A stretch of 64,000 nt of DNA from Azolla caroliniana (taxonomy: Eukaryota > Plantae > Polypodiophyta): assembly GCA_043228905.1 (NCBI GenBank), contig JBHGNT010000009.1, positions 19,468,001-19,532,000 on the forward strand, read 5' to 3'. The translations under genes were made by a program, and so were the position numbers. This document shows, one piece after another, positions 62,236 to 64,000 of this stretch (position 1 is the first letter of the stretch; each line of letters begins with the position of its first letter). The notes under the pieces are model-generated. The model saw only the letters and a list, made by a program, of their open reading frames with translations, did no database searches and was not told where the DNA came from.

Positions 62236-63999
62236 TCACTTCGGCATGGGATGTCTCTCCAATCCGACCCTCTTCCGGCACGCTTCCAGCTTGTCGGGTG
62301 TGAGCACTTTGGTCAGCATATCTGACCCGTTCTCTTCCGTGTGGATCTTCGTCAGCATGAACTCCTGGTCTTCTATCCTTTCCCGGATCCAGTGATATCT
62401 TCGCTGGATGTGCTTCGTCCGGGAGTGATAGGCCGCGTTCTTCGCAAGGTGGATGGCACTCTGACTGTCGCAGTAGAGTCGGTACTCCTCTTGTCGGATA
62501 CCGAGCTCTCTAATGAAGTCCTTCATCCATATTATTTCCTTGCCGGCTTCAACAGCCGCCATGTACTCCGCCTCCGTGGTTGACAACGCAACCGTCTTCT
62601 GCAGCCTCGACTGCCACGAAACAGCTCCCCCTGCATACGTCATCACATACCCTGATGTGGACCGGCTGGTATCTGCATCAGCCGACATATCAGAATCAGT
62701 AAAGCCGTCGAGTTCGGGCTTACCGGAGCCGAATCGGAGGCACACGTTTGCCGTGCCCTTCAGGTATCGGAGTATCCACTTGACCGCGTTCCAGTGCTCT
62801 TTGCCGGGATTGCTCATGTACCGGCTCACAACTCCAACTGCATATCCTATGTCCGGTCTTGTACACACCATTGCGTACATTAAGCTTCCGACGGCAGAGG
62901 CATATGGTACTTTCATCATGTCCTCCTTCTCAGCCTTTGTCTTGGGGCTTTGCTTGCTGGACAGCTTGCAGTTTGCCGGGAGGGTTGATCCGACCGGTCT
63001 TGCTTCCGACATGTTGAACCGTTGAAGCACCTTTGTCACGTACTTCTCCTGTGACAGCCACAACTGCTTCTTGCTCCGGTCCCGGATGATGTGCATCCCT
63101 AGTATTTGTCTCGCCGGACCCAAGTCCTTCATTGAGAAGGTTCGGTGAAGAGCCTTCTTCAGCATCCGTATCTTGACCTGGTCCCGTCCGACGATCAACA
63201 TGTCGTCCACGTACAGGAGGAGTATTAGAAAGTCTCCTCCTTCGAATTTCTTCACAAACACGCAGTGATCGGACTGCGTTTTGTGGTACCCTTCGTCGGT
63301 CATGAAGGAGTCGAACTTCCGGTACCATTGCCGGGGAGCCTGCTTCAGTCCGTAAAGGCTCTTCTTCAACCGGCATACCAGGTGCTCCTTCCCTTTCTTC
63401 TCGAAACCTTCCGGTTGCTGCATGTAGATCTCTTCTTCGAGGTCACCGTGAAGGAATGCCGTCTTCACGTCCATCTGTTCTACCTCGAGGTCCATGCTTG
63501 CCGCTATGCTCAGCACCGTCCGGATGGAGGTCATCTTCACTACCGGGGCAAATATCTCGTCGAAGTCGACGCCCTTCTTCTGCTGAAACCCCTTCACCAC
63601 GATCCTGGCTTTGTATCTCGGGGGGTTTCCGGCATCTCCCGGTTTCAGCTTGAACACCCACTTGTTTCGAAGTGCCCGCTTTCCTTTCGGCAATTCCATA
63701 AGTTCATATGTGTGGTTCTCATGCAGGGAATCCATCTCGTCCTGCATGGCACTCAACCACCTGCGGCTCTGGGTGTCGTGCTTTGCTTCTTCAAAGCTCT
63801 CCGGCTCCCCCTCGTCGGTTAGCAGCACGTGCTCTGGTTCCGGAAATCTCCGGGGGGCCCTTCTCTCTCTTAGAGGATATCTCCGTTCCGGAGCTTCGGT
63901 AACCGGTTCTTCCGATTCTTCTTCTTCCGAATCTATTTCGGGATCGGGGCCGGTTCCGGTATCGTTTTCATCTTCTTCGGCCGGTTCTGTTTCTTCACC
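62236..63999 (-). CDS. pol: Copia D pol C-terminal part (RT, RNase H), open to the window edge
   Basis: QMDVKTAFLHG, SLYGLKQAPRQW, LLYVDDM, ALSTTEAEY and TKHIQRRYHW. I found no stop between 63999 and 63828. Confidence 0.93.
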   Translation of the reverse strand, partial: GEETEPAEEDENDTGTGPDPEIDSEEEESEEPVTEAPERRYPLRERRAPRRFPEPEHVLLTDEGEPESFEEAKHDTQSRRWLSAMQDEMDSLHENHTYELMELPKGKRALRNKWVFKLKPGDAGNPPRYKARIVVKGFQQKKGVDFDEIFAPVVKMTSIRTVLSIAASMDLEVEQMDVKTAFLHGDLEEEIYMQQPEGFEKKGKEHLVCRLKKSLYGLKQAPRQWYRKFDSFMTDEGYHKTQSDHCVFVKKFEGGDFLILLLYVDDMLIVGRDQVKIRMLKKALHRTFSMKDLGPARQILGMHIIRDRSKKQLWLSQEKYVTKVLQRFNMSEARPVGSTLPANCKLSSKQSPKTKAEKEDMMKVPYASAVGSLMYAMVCTRPDIGYAVGVVSRYMSNPGKEHWNAVKWILRYLKGTANVCLRFGSGKPELDGFTDSDMSADADTSRSTSGYVMTYAGGAVSWQSRLQKTVALSTTEAEYMAAVEAGKEIIWMKDFIRELGIRQEEYRLYCDSQSAIHLAKNAAYHSRTKHIQRRYHWIRERIEDQEFMLTKIHTEENGSDMLTKVLTPDKLEACRKRVGLERHPMPK

Positions 64000-64000
64000 G

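Larger units (their letters stand above)
61493..64000 (-). mobile_element. Copia element D (Tnt1/Tork-like): 3' LTR and intact RT-RNase H, continues beyond the window
   Basis: 3' LTR 61493-62225 (TGTTG..CAACA) and PPT at 62228-62235, directly after the pol stop. Confidence 0.93.

Overview
Eukaryotic plant genomic DNA. By inference from the retroelement types it is a seed-free land plant such as a fern; this is not verifiable from the window. The only intact host gene is an intronless, GC-rich 3-ketoacyl-CoA synthase (KCS/FAE1 family, 29171-30943, minus), lying in an AT-rich stretch without young LTR insertions. Most of the rest is nested transposable elements. These include about eight Ty1/copia elements from at least five LTR families (labelled A-I), several solo LTRs, two LINEs, hAT- and CACTA-type non-autonomous elements, tRNA-derived repeats and satellites. 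Copia G (38390-43897) is very young, with near-identical LTRs and one in-frame stop. It sits in the LTR of an RT-less copia (F), which itself splits a LINE. At 0.9-5.9 kb is a decayed, probably multi-exon gene with a RING-H2 finger and a degenerate FCP1/NIF-like phosphatase domain around a palindromic satellite. Two architectures recur across copia families with unrelated sequences: an inverted repeat enclosing the PPT/3'-LTR junction, and inverted repeats enclosing the LTR TATA box. All coordinates and alignments were read by eye.
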